Shown here in pieces: positions 1-10,100 of a stretch of DNA of 64,000 nt. The notes below the pieces were generated by a model that saw nothing but the letters and a program-made list of their open reading frames with translations, was not told where the DNA came from and did not search any database. The DNA lies in contig OY843768.1 in NCBI GenBank assembly GCA_963693095.2, positions 512,001 through 576,000 on the forward strand. Reading direction: 5' to 3'. This stretch comes from Cenarchaeum sp. Lineage in GTDB: Archaea; Thermoproteota; Nitrososphaeria; Nitrososphaerales; Nitrosopumilaceae. Both the position numbers and the translations under genes were made by a program. Positions within the stretch are counted from its first letter, which is position 1. Every line of letters begins with the position of its first letter.

Positions 1-9
1 CCCATAATT

Positions 10-158
10 CCGACAAATGGCGTATTTTCTCTACTTTGCATGATTTGCACTTTTGCCGACAAATGGCGTATTTTCTCTACTTTGCATGATTTGCACTTTT
101 GCCGACAAATGGCGTATTTTCTCTACTTTGCATGATTTGTTCTTTTTGCCGAAAAATG
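10..158. repeat. 46-bp direct tandem repeat, about 3.2 copies
   Basis: Unit CCGACAAATGGCGTATTTTCTCTACTTTGCATGATTTGCACTTTTG at 10-55 and 56-101 (identical), 102-148 (3' end diverged), then partial CCGAAAAATG at 149-158. Unit length is not a multiple of 3 and there are no unique spacers. Confidence 0.95.
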
Positions 159-471
159 CCCCGCTACCGCGGCGACTCGACGACAGACGGCCTTGTGTGG
201 GATGCCCTGCGCTCACGCGGCATCTGCGCTAGGCGCCTATGGCCTGCGGCCGTGTGCATATCTTGCGCCCTGTGCGCATTCGTTCGGCGAGCTATCGCGT
301 AAGGCGATTGGGTGAATATGCGTGATACGGCACTTTCGGCATGGCGCCGTGTGCCTTGAGCCCATTAGAGACCCTGTGACGCGGTAGTCGTGCCGTGCGA
401 TGCGGCTCATCTGGTCGTGTGGGTTATGTGTGGAACTGGTGGCGCAAGCACGGCCGTGCCAATGCCTCCTG

Positions 472-999
472 TCACTGCACGTCGCCTAGTGTCCCGCTTT
501 CGATGGTCTTTATCTGGTTGCGTGTCAGGTTGACATATCTGCGTGGGTTTTGAGATCCGGGCAGTATGGCGCGTGCAATAAGTATCTCCGTTGATGCTAC
601 TGCCCTCACCGCATTTTCGTCAATATGTCTACGATATAGCGAAATAAACAGTCTTATATTTCCGGACAAGTGTGTCATTGCCGTGTACACACGCCTGTCA
701 TCTGGATATTCTTCTAGTGCGTCATCGATGATCTCTAGTTCCTCTTTACACTGATTTGCCAAGTTATATGCGTCTCTTATGTTAGATTTTTCTTCAGACT
801 TTCGTGCATCGGCTGACTTGATTGATCTGTACATCTCATACACCAAAAATAAAAGTGGTGGTATTCCTGCCCAAAATACCACTTGGTTTAAAATGTTCGT
901 CACCACCATAAATACAACAACTGCGGCAAACATGACAAACCACTCTACTTTGTACGTTTTGATGTGGTGTAGTGGATTTTTGAACTCGTGCTCACTCAT
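472..999 (-). CDS. Hypothetical membrane protein, 175 aa, two N-terminal hydrophobic segments; candidate toxin/effector
   Basis: Hydrophobic stretches WFVMFAAVVVFMVVTNIL and VVFWAGIPPLLFLVY are followed by a charged, helical-looking domain. Its ATG overlaps the upstream TGA (ATGA at 999-996) and is preceded by a Shine-Dalgarno-like AGGGAGGAG. GC is visibly lower than in the giant gene. Confidence 0.8.
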   Translation of the reverse strand: MSEHEFKNPLHHIKTYKVEWFVMFAAVVVFMVVTNILNQVVFWAGIPPLLFLVYEMYRSIKSADARKSEEKSNIRDAYNLANQCKEELEIIDDALEEYPDDRRVYTAMTHLSGNIRLFISLYRRHIDENAVRAVASTEILIARAILPGSQNPRRYVNLTRNQIKTIESGTLGDVQ

Positions 1000-1538
1000 G
1001 GCTCCTCCCTTTTGTTACCTATGGCATATTCAGACACCTGATCAAACGCGTCTTTGAACATGCGTTTATCATATTTCATATGGTTGTATTTCATGCGATC
1101 CGCAAATCCGTCACGTGTGGTGCCTTCATCAAGTTCGTGCAAGGCAAATGTGGCAATCTCGAGCCATTCTAAACTCTTTCCACTGACTAGTGTGATAAAC
1201 GCGTCTGACTCGTGAGGCTTGCCCTCGAACGGTGACACGCCTCCCTGTGCAAGATCACGATCCTCTAGATCTATGGCCATGTCTGCCGAAAATGCCCCAT
1301 TCTCAACAAAGTTAAACCTGTACTTTAGATCTGCTCCAAACCGCTGTGCAATGTACACGTATTTTTGCAGCATATGGCCACCAACAAACGTGTCGACATC
1401 ACTAGTGTCGTTTATCACGCGCTTTTCTACTAGATATGTGATAAACTTCATCAGCGTCCCGATGGCCTTGACTCGAGTGCGCTGTGCTGCATCATGTGCC
1501 ATGGCATGCCGGCTTGTGGTGTGCGCCATGGGACACAC
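996..1538 (-). CDS. YwgA-like / SocA-Panacea (DUF4065)-like protein; candidate antitoxin
   Basis: MLQKYVYIAQRFGADLKYRFNFVENGAFSADMAIDL resembles the LQKLVY-x-Y-x-F-x-GPYS-xx-L-xx-DL signature of YwgA/Panacea-like proteins, followed by LEWLEIATF (compare LELLAT). The GTG start overlaps the ATPase TAG by 1 nt at 1538; the real start could be an ATG slightly downstream (1529 or 1502). Confidence 0.65.
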   Translation of the reverse strand: MCPMAHTTSRHAMAHDAAQRTRVKAIGTLMKFITYLVEKRVINDTSDVDTFVGGHMLQKYVYIAQRFGADLKYRFNFVENGAFSADMAIDLEDRDLAQGGVSPFEGKPHESDAFITLVSGKSLEWLEIATFALHELDEGTTRDGFADRMKYNHMKYDKRMFKDAFDQVSEYAIGNKREEP

Positions 1539-3037
1539 TATGCCTCCAGTGCGCGCTGGAGTTTCAGTCCCTGATTATACATGTCCATGCTGAGGTTCAC
1601 AAACTCCTCTTGCGATATGCCGTCCTTGGGAGAATGTGGTATCTCTTTAACTGTGTATTTCCCCCTGGCGCGCTTTTGAAACACATAGGGCGCAACCTCG
1701 CTGTCGTGGATATAGTCGTCCTTTCCATACCCGAGTTTCCTGCGCTGGGCTGCCGTCAGATTGCTGGTCTTGACAAACGTGCCAAGCTGTTCGAGGAAAA
1801 ACGCGCTATGCGTTGCCAAAAGCACGCGCACGCCGTGCCGTATGAGCCAGACTATGTGTCTTGCCAGCACAAGCTGATTCGCCGGATGCAGGTGCGCCTC
1901 GGGCTCCTCGATGATTAAAATCTCGCCCCTGTGCGCACCGTATCGCAAAAACAGGGAGAGTGGCGCGTTCTCTGCGATTCCGGCCGATGCCCTGTCCAGT
2001 GGGATATCTGAGCCCAAAAACGTGTGCCTTATTTCGGGTATTCCCAAAGGCGACTCGACTAGTGTGATTTTCCCATCAAACATGCCCTTCTCTAGGCTGT
2101 TGCCAATTTTTGAGAGGGATCCGGGTTTTGTGGCTGACAGTCTGATCACCATGCCGGCAAAATCGGCCATTATGCCATTGAGGTTTGTGCTCGGGGATGA
2201 CGGTGTGCCGGGACTGTGCTGATTTTGTATGGCGCTAGCCACAAATGGCCTGTATGCCTGCATGATGCCAGACCGCACTGCGGGGAAATAATGTGACCGT
2301 GACGGAAAATCTGCCGTGGGATTGTGCAAAATGCTCAAAATTAGCGTCAATAGCGCAATCAGGCCATAGTTATTGCCCATGTCGAGCCTTGTAATGATGC
2401 TCTCGACTGTCCTTTGGATCGTCTTGTCCAATAGGCGCTGCTTGGCGCTGTCCTTGATGCTGTGTGGTTTTGCAGGGTGGACTACAATGCCTTTGGGGGT
2501 CTTTTTTAGCGTGTACGGGATTGGCAAAGAGTTGTACTTGCCGACAATTTTTCTATCAAGGGTCAGTTTGACCCTCATGGGACTGGAGACTTTGATCTGG
2601 GAGCGCCTGGCGGTGATCCTGACGAGGCTCTTGAGTTTAGAGTTGAAATTGCGTTCAAGCTGATGCTGAAAACTGTCCTCAAAAATTGGCCGCAGCACAA
2701 CCCTGGCCACCCTGTTCACAAACTCCCCTGGGATTGCCACGGCCTCTTTTCCACGCGCCTTGTCTAGAATGGCCCCCATCTCCGACATGAGCCCCTGGAA
2801 CTCTGGCTGCCTGATGTGGCCCTCCACTAGTTCTGGAGTTGACCAACCCTGGCGATTGCGCGCATATGCGGTGAACAGGGAATGGATCAATGCTGCGGCA
2901 TATGTCTTGCCTGAACTGTTGGGACCCACAAGGATGGTGAGGGGCCTCATCTCAAAGCTTGCCCTCGATATGGGGCCAAAGTCGGCCATCTCGACCACCA
3001 TGGAAAAGTCTTGCCTGTCATCATGCGGCCTCGCCAT
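1538..3037 (-). CDS. ABC-type ATPase of the AAA_15/AAA_21 class, about 499 aa
   Basis: N-terminal DFGPI strand, Walker A GPNSSGKT, signature-like ASAGIAE, Walker B/D-loop ILIIEEPEAHLHPANQ and H-loop LLATHS. Start placed at ATG 3037 rather than 3187 because a TATA box lies 23-30 nt upstream and the DFGPI/Walker A region normally begins near the N-terminus. Confidence 0.9.
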   Translation of the reverse strand: MARPHDDRQDFSMVVEMADFGPISRASFEMRPLTILVGPNSSGKTYAAALIHSLFTAYARNRQGWSTPELVEGHIRQPEFQGLMSEMGAILDKARGKEAVAIPGEFVNRVARVVLRPIFEDSFQHQLERNFNSKLKSLVRITARRSQIKVSSPMRVKLTLDRKIVGKYNSLPIPYTLKKTPKGIVVHPAKPHSIKDSAKQRLLDKTIQRTVESIITRLDMGNNYGLIALLTLILSILHNPTADFPSRSHYFPAVRSGIMQAYRPFVASAIQNQHSPGTPSSPSTNLNGIMADFAGMVIRLSATKPGSLSKIGNSLEKGMFDGKITLVESPLGIPEIRHTFLGSDIPLDRASAGIAENAPLSLFLRYGAHRGEILIIEEPEAHLHPANQLVLARHIVWLIRHGVRVLLATHSAFFLEQLGTFVKTSNLTAAQRRKLGYGKDDYIHDSEVAPYVFQKRARGKYTVKEIPHSPKDGISQEEFVNLSMDMYNQGLKLQRALEA

Positions 3038-3059
3038 GGACTGGCACGTCGGGCGTGGC

Positions 3060-3076
3060 AAATATATCGTTTCGTC
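3060..3076 (-). promoter_or_regulatory. Archaeal-type BRE/TATA promoter of the ATPase operon
   Basis: The minus strand reads GACGAAACG-ATATATTT, with the AT-rich box 23-30 nt upstream of ATG 3037 in an otherwise GC-rich context. Confidence 0.6.
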
Positions 3077-3447
3077 GCCCATGCGCCTGTTCTGGCCATG
3101 CCCATGCTCACACAAGCCCAAAAAATGGTGTATGGTGCGTGAACTGTTATGCGAGCCGGGCGCGCAGTCGTTGCCTGTGGCCGCCATGTGGCCAGTGATG
3201 GGCTGCCCTGCATTCCAATGTCCGCCCCGTGATGGCCGTCACCGCATGGCGTAATCGCGTATTGCGCGCGGCTGCGTGACTGCCTTGTGTGATCAGCAGG
3301 CTGGGCGGGGATTTCTGCAGGGCGCAGATCTGGAATCTCGAGCAAGGCCATGGGATTGGTCAGTCTGGCCACTTGGCCCCTATTGGAAAGCCTGGCGAAA
3401 TGCGCTATGGGGCATTGTGTCTTTCCCCAGTGTGGTGCCCACGATGG

Positions 3448-3705
3448 TCATCTCTCCATCGCCTCCTCTAGCCTGGCGAGCACCTCGTTAATTCTGGCGA
3501 TTCGCAGTCTACGTTTGACGTTCTCTGGAATGTGTCTGCGGTTTCTGGCGTGTTGCCATTGCCCCACATGTGGCTTAACTGTGTGGGCGCCATCACGTGG
3601 TGCCCATTGGCAGTCAAAGTGTTCTCTGTGCCAGAAATTTTGCCTGTTATACTCGAAAAACATGCGATCCCACTCTGCAGTCTTGCGCCTGTCGTCCCAA
3701 TCCAT
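3448..3705 (-). CDS. Small orphan protein, 85 aa, Trp/Arg/His-rich
   Basis: MDWDDRRKTAEWDRMFFEYNRQNFWHREHF...RRLRIARINEVLARLEEAMER. A TATA-like CATTAATG (3729-3736) lies 24-31 nt upstream of ATG 3705, and the stretch is lower in GC than its flanks. No family recognised. Confidence 0.55.
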   Translation of the reverse strand: MDWDDRRKTAEWDRMFFEYNRQNFWHREHFDCQWAPRDGAHTVKPHVGQWQHARNRRHIPENVKRRLRIARINEVLARLEEAMER

Positions 3706-3897
3706 GACGCCTCTGTGCCGGGATGTGACATTAATGCCTTGCACGACACAGGGGCTTTTACCATGCGCAAATGGCAGGCTGGCCAGGAATTCCTGCCGGG
3801 CGGGCGCACCGGTGCTCCGGCAGGGTCGTGGCCGCATGTATGCTGCCGCAACGCGCACTTGGGGAAACTAGTGCCGGCGGGCACTGCGCCGGCTGCG

Positions 3898-3920
3898 TGC
3901 CCCGGCATGCCGCCGGGGCA
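3898..3920. other. GC-rich inverted repeat (9-bp stem, 5-nt loop) in the divergent intergenic region
   Basis: TGCCCCGGC (3898-3906) / ATGCC / GCCGGGGCA (3912-3920). Outer CACTGC (3882-3887) can also pair with GCAGTG (3922-3927). Confidence 0.5.
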
Positions 3921-3984
3921 GGCAGTGTGCGATCCGGGAACCCTGACTGTGATCGCCATGTCGCGCTTTGGATCTCGTTTTCAT

Positions 3985-3998
3985 GGGGGGGGGGGGGG
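3985..3998 (+). repeat. Poly-G homopolymer tract (14 G)
   Basis: Run of 14 G about 40 bp upstream of the TATA box of the giant gene. Confidence 0.95.
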
Positions 3999-4024
3999 CG
4001 CGATCATTGCGCAGTGGTGGCGTA

Positions 4025-4047
4025 GATCACATGATCACATTATATAG
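4025..4047 (+). promoter_or_regulatory. Archaeal TATA box (TTATATAG) of the giant gene, abutted by a GATCACAT direct repeat
   Basis: TTATATAG at 4040-4047 is centred about 26 nt upstream of the in-frame ATG at 4070. GATCACAT-GATCACAT occupies 4025-4040, the BRE position. Confidence 0.7.
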
Positions 4048-4069
4048 ATCGGCGCACCCATGCCCCCTA

Positions 4070-4165
4070 ATGGGTGTGGGTGGAGGTGTACTCCTAGTGT
4101 CAGCTCTAGCTGTCCTTGCGCTAGCTGCGCTCTTGCCGGGGGCGCTCCATGGCGAGGCCTGGGCC
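4070..4165 (+). other. Sec-type signal peptide
   Basis: Hydrophobic core VLLVSALAVLALAALL and an A-W-A cleavage motif, followed by a Pro/acidic linker. It lacks a basic n-region. Confidence 0.75.
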
Positions 4166-7100
4166 CAGACCGATCCAGATCCCGCCCCAGAGCCCGAGCC
4201 TGTCCCCTCGCTATCCTCTGCGGTGACCGTCTCGCGAGAGTCAACGAGGGTCACCTTTCCCGTAAACGTCTGGCACGGCGCCACGCCGACAGCCGGCTGG
4301 ACAGTCGATGACGGGCAGGAGCACATCGTCTTTGGCTTCGTTCGCGAGTCCGCGACGAGCTATCTCCTGCGCCACTCTGCGCTCCTGAGCACGGCCTCGA
4401 CTCCGGTGATAGGCTACGACGGGACCGGAACGTTCGTCACCGATGCGGGCGCTATGGGTGCGGGAACAGTCACGGCCACTGACGGCGTTGCGCCCGAGGT
4501 CTTTAGATTGGAATGTGACTGCAGCAATCGAGTCTTCTTGCCGCCTGCGGATCCTGTTGTGAACCCTGCCCGTCGGGGCAATACCATTACCATCACATTC
4601 TCCGAGCCCTTGAAGGAGTCGCCAGCACCCACATTTGAAATTCGGCACACCAATAGGGGCGGCGTTGGTTTACCCAACACTAGTGTCGGTGATGGATTTG
4701 ATGTTGGGGGGTCTACGGGGGATCCGCGAGTTACCCGGCATGGTGACTCTAGGTATGGCCTGTATCTTCTCAACGAGCAGGCGCCAGCCCCCCAGGGGGA
4801 TAGCTTTTATCTCAACTTCGAAGATAGGGTATATCACGTTACGACGACCAACATTGCCGACGCTCACGGCAACACCTTTGGCGGAACTATCACCACTCGC
4901 ATCTCTTGGTACGATCCTCCCACCATTGCTGAATATCGCCCCCAATACCAGCCAAGCCCCGTTGTAAATTCCCACACGTTCTCCCAGACCCAGACGCTAG
5001 TAAAGTTCTCCCAATATGTCTACCCGTTCCACCCCAATCCGCCGGATCGTGGGGTTGGTGGCACTGCTGCGGATCGTGTGCGCCACTGGACCGTAAACGA
5101 CGGCGTGAATCGCGCCGTCACCGACGTCCAGCTGCATTCGGCAACATTGACCACAGGCTGCAACTATGATCCGCCAACCACGACCCGCGGAACATACTGC
5201 TCCCTCAATCTAATTCTCACACACGCGCCGCTGGCAACCACAGGCTCGACGCCGCGCGTGTCATACACGCCGACGGGCACGGACTTTCTCGGCCAGGTCA
5301 CGCCGGCCCATCGGTGGGCTCCACGCGCAACTGCGTTTACCCATCTAGCCGAGGATTACACGCTCCCGACGCTCATCTCGTCGACCTCGACGTCTAGGAC
5401 CACAACAGAGGTCAAGTTCAGCGAGCCTGTCCAGTTTGGCACCTCGACGGCCGCACAAAGGGCAGCGCACTGGCGCGCCCTGGAGGGAACCTCGCCCAGG
5501 ACGGTCAGCGACGTGGTCATGGGGGACACGCGCGACACCATCGTCCTCGTGCACGACCCCGTCTCAACAGGCTCGCCGCCCGCACTGTCGTACGTGTCTG
5601 GCGCGTCTGAGGGTCGCGTGCGTGACATGTCAGTACACCAGCACCAGCTTACCGCACTGCCCTCACAGACGCCCTCGGACAAGATCCCGCCGGGCTTTGG
5701 CGCAGCAGTCACGTCAGCGACGTCGGTGACTGTGACCTTTGATGAGGCCATTGTGGCCGCAACTGGCACCGGCGCGCGCGCCCTGGCGGCGACTGACTGG
5801 ACAGTCGAGACCGGCTCGGTCACGGCTGCCACGGGCAACGACATTGCGGTCTCCTCGATGGCCGCAGGCACGACGCCGGGGACGTACGTCCTCACGCTGG
5901 CCTCGCCTGGCATAACCGACGAGATCGGCATGCCAGACACTGACATTGAGGCAGTCATCCACGTCACATACTCGGCCGGCGTGCCCACGCTGGTCGACTC
6001 GAAAGGCAACGCCATACTCGACGGGGAGACGGCCCGTGCGACTGACGCGTTTGCGCCAATCGTCCTGCACACCGAGACGACCTCGCCCACAACGACTGTC
6101 ATCACGCTCACCGAGCGCGTCTCGATAAAGAACGACGCAATCCCATCAACGAACGATGACACCATTGCGATAGGGCACTGGCAGGTTCGCGACACGGCCG
6201 TGCGCGCAATCTCGGCCATTGCAGTCACGGGAGACTCCACGCAGGTCACGCTCACGCACGCAACAGTGGCCGACGTGACCTCTCCGCCGTCAGTCACGTA
6301 CACGCAAGACGGCGGACAGGCCTTTGGGCGCATAATCGACGCGGGCGGAGTCGAGATGCGCAACTTTGCTGGCGGGGGCCTTGAGACGCTCATCCCGCGG
6401 ATCGTCTCGGCTACCACGACAGGCCCGCACACCGTGTCGATCGAGCTAAACAAGGACATCCGGTACGGGGATGTCACAAAGATATCCGAAACCCTCGGCC
6501 TGTGGGCAATGAATGACGGGTCTCCGGCCGACCAGCGCTACCGTGTCTCCAACGTGGCAATCCTGCCGGGAGACGCCTCGGTGCTGACCCTGACGATAAA
6601 CTCGATGACCTCGCCGCGTGACATCCCCGTATACGTCCCCTCATCACTCCTTGATGGCAGTGCACTTAAGCTCAGCTACAACAATCCCATGCCGTCACAG
6701 GAAAGCCTCTACAGGGACTTGCGCCTTGATGATTCGCGTGGAATTCCGCTTGTGTACAGGGAGGACGTCCTCGTCTCAGACGGCATCGCCCCACAGATCA
6801 CCTCGGCGTCATTTGCGTCACATGACGCCTCGACATCACCGGCCACGGGAACCATAGAGGTGACGTTTGACGAGAATGTCAGGATCGCCACCGGCATGAC
6901 TGCCATGCCGTCTGACTGGACGCTCACCGGCGGAACCACGAACACGGCGACATCCGTGTCAGTCACGTCATACTCGATCTCGGGAAACAAGGCGACGATA
7001 TTGCTGTCAATGTCCGGCCCGCCTGACACGGGATATGCGCCAACGATCAGCTATACGGCAACCGGCAAGATGCTCGACACGATCGGCAACGTGCTGGCGA

Positions 7101-10100
7101 CACCGGCAGCGGCGACTGTGTCTGATGATGTCGCGCCATACCTCGTCTCGGCGCGCACGCTCTCCTCCACGCGCACAGAGGTCATAGTGTCCGAGCCCGT
7201 TGCGCTCTCGGGCCTGCAGGCCGAGCGCCTCGCCGAGTGGCGCTACACGCAGGGCACCGTGCTTGACACGTCAAACATACTGGCACCGATCTCGATAACG
7301 CGCGGCACTGACGCTGCGAGGATTGACCTGGCGCACGCGGCCCTCGCTGATGCGGCCGACACGATTGCGCTCCGCCACACGCAGGGGCCAGTGGCTAGGA
7401 TCGTCGACCTCGCCACGCCCCCCAACGGCCTGGTTCGCGGCATCACGCACATCACTAGCTCTGATGCGACCCCGCCGCTCGTAAAGTCGGCGTTCTTCAA
7501 GTCCTCGACGTCGATACGCGTTGTCTTTGACGAGGTCATGCAGGACGCGGCCCTCACGCAGGGCGTGCCGGTCCTCGCGCCGGGCGTGACTGTCGTGCCG
7601 CCTCCGGCAGACTATGAGTCCTTTTCGTATGCGGGAATGGACTCGCGCGCGCACGTCACGTTTGGCGCCGCGCAGACACTCGACGCCTCCTCTGGCACGA
7701 TGCGCGAGTACCGGTTCTCCGTGCCCACAACGCTGGCCGACTCGGCCGGCACGGCATACGTCGCGCCAGTCGGCTCGTACGTCAGCGTGGCCGCCCATGA
7801 CGGCGCGCCGCCCGAGTTCTCCGTGACTCGCGCCTCGGCAACGTCGCTCCACGTGACATTTGACGAGCCCGTGCGCCGCGTCGGGGCCAGCCCGCCGGCC
7901 CTGGCCACTGCGCACTGGCGCGTCGAGACTGGTGACGTGCCCACGCCCACACTGACTGCTGATGACATTGCGGCATCTGCGGTCTCGCTGTCTGGCAACG
8001 TGATGACCATCACGCTCTCGGGCGTGACGCTGGCTCCGGATGCCACGCCGCACGTGACGCATGTGGGCTCACCAGCCCAGATCGAGGACCTCAACTCCAA
8101 TGCGCTGGCCACCGGCGCGACGGCCCAGGTGCCTGACACGACTGTGCCGTCCATCCTGCGCGCCGAGTTTGCCTCCCTTGCCATTGCCGCAGACAGGAGC
8201 AGCGCGACGGGAACCATCCGCCTGACGATCTCCGAGCCCGTGCGCGTGGCCGGCACGCCGGCGGCATCGGACTGGACGCTCACCGGCGACACGGGGGGAA
8301 CCGCCACGACGCTCTCGATAGCCTCGTATGCCGTCTCGGGCAGCACAGTTGACATTGCCGTGTCAATGTCTGGCACGCCGCACACGGGACTGACGCCAAC
8401 AGTCTCGCCCTCGCGTGCGGCACTCCTCGACATGGCCGGCAACGCGCTGCCCACAAGCGCCTCTGCAGTGGCAGCTGACAGGATATTGCCTGTCGTCCTG
8501 GCCGGCAGCACGACCTCTCATCTGCGCACAGAGCTTACGCTCTCCGAGCAAGTGACCCTTCATCCGCGTGCACCGACTCAAACCTCTGCGTTTACCTTCT
8601 GTTATGAGAGTTGTGGAACCTCGCGACTTACTGATAATGTGACTCTGTTGGATCTGGAAGATGGCAACACGATCGTCATATCGCACGCGTCGCCCGTGGG
8701 AACCAACAACCCACTGAGCGTCGTCTATCAGCCACGAACTGCCGGCGCCGGCAACCTCGTGTCGGATCTTGCCAGTCCTCCAAACTACCTGCTAGACATT
8801 CTTATCCGTTCGCCTGTTATTGCCACTGATGGCATGCCGCCTCGACTGCACGGAATCTGGTTTGGATCGGCCACGAGCATGACGCTGCGCTTTAGCGAGC
8901 CCCTCAATGCGGCAACAGTCACGGCCGCCGCGTCGGCAACGTCGCCGTCAGGGCAGTTTTCGGTCTCTGGCCAGACGGTCACGGGCGCGGCGCTCAACCC
9001 TGCCAGGAACGAGGTCACACTCACGCTCTCGCCGGGCGTGGCACAGGACACCACATACACGGTCACCGCACCGGCCTCCCTGACTGACGACATGGGCAAC
9101 GCGCATGAGGCCCACCCTGTCACGGTGAGGCGAACGACTGATGCGCCCACGCTCTCGCAGGTGTCCTTTGAGCCGCATCGTGTTGGCCGCATTGTGCTGC
9201 ACTTTAGCAATGCGATGGATCCCAGGTCAGTCGAGTCGCTCGGGCCGCAATTCTCGTACTCGCCCCCGCCCATCTTCTCCACGGGGTACTCGGCCCACAT
9301 GGGACAAGACCCCAGCGAGGTTCGCATATTCACAACCCGGCTACAGATTCTGGGCGTAACAACCCGCACGATAACGGTTCCCACGGGCCTTCTTGACGCA
9401 AATGGCAACGCCTACGCGCAGCCGAGCACGCCGCACTCGGCCGCCCCGGCGCCGGCGCCAAGCGTGCAGACGGCGGCATTTACCGCCTCAAATACCATAC
9501 TCCTCACGTTTAACGTGAACCTTGACGGGGATCACATACCGGCCACCGTTAGGGCGGCCGTACCGGGCTTCCTTCCACAGAACGCGGCCTTTTCACACTC
9601 TGGCAACACGGCCACTGTCATGCTGTCACCTGCGGCGACTGAGGGCCAGGCCTACACAATAGAGCTGCCCACCACAATCCGCAGCACGGCCGGCGTCCGC
9701 TATGTGCAGCCAGAATCGTCGATCATGGCCACATATGACACGACGCCTCCGCTGCTCTCCTCGGTGACCGTCTCGCGCACCTCTATCATCGTAGAGTTTA
9801 ACGAACCCATCCTATCCCCTCCCCTATCGGCGACCTTGACCAGATCAAGCAGCTCGGAGAGGATATTTGTCGCGCCCTCCCTGCGCCCCGCGGGCTTTGA
9901 GATTCCCATCGCAACATTCAACCCCGTCGAGGGCGAGACGTTCACAGTCACCCTGGCTTTTAATGACATAACTGATCATGCGGGCAACGCGTGGGTTGCC
10001 GTGCCGCTGGCCGGAATCTATGACACGACCGCACCGGTTATAGAGTCGGCGCACTTTGGGGCCGCGAACGTCATTGTCGTAAGGCTGAGCGAGGCACTTG

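Noticed and set aside
10-158. Possible CRISPR array, and the short ORFs 31-216 (-) and 99-302 (+)
   Set aside because: The units are contiguous and identical with no unique spacers and no cas genes nearby. The 46-bp period does not fit a coding repeat.
3038-3187. 50-aa N-terminal extension of the ATPase
   Set aside because: It contains the TATA/BRE-like element and has no ATPase-like character, so ATG 3037 is preferred.
566-4047. Overlapping alternative ORFs in the first 4 kb (e.g. 1219-1593, 1484-1918, 2760-3254, 3350-3871, 3468-3959, 3532-4047)
   Set aside because: They overlap better-supported genes, lack motifs or promoter spacing, and have unnatural compositions.
3968-4069. Longer N-terminus of the giant ORF from the ORF track (starts at 3968, 3983 or 4031)
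   Set aside because: It would run across the TATA box at 4040-4047. ATG 4070 has the right promoter spacing and begins the signal peptide directly.
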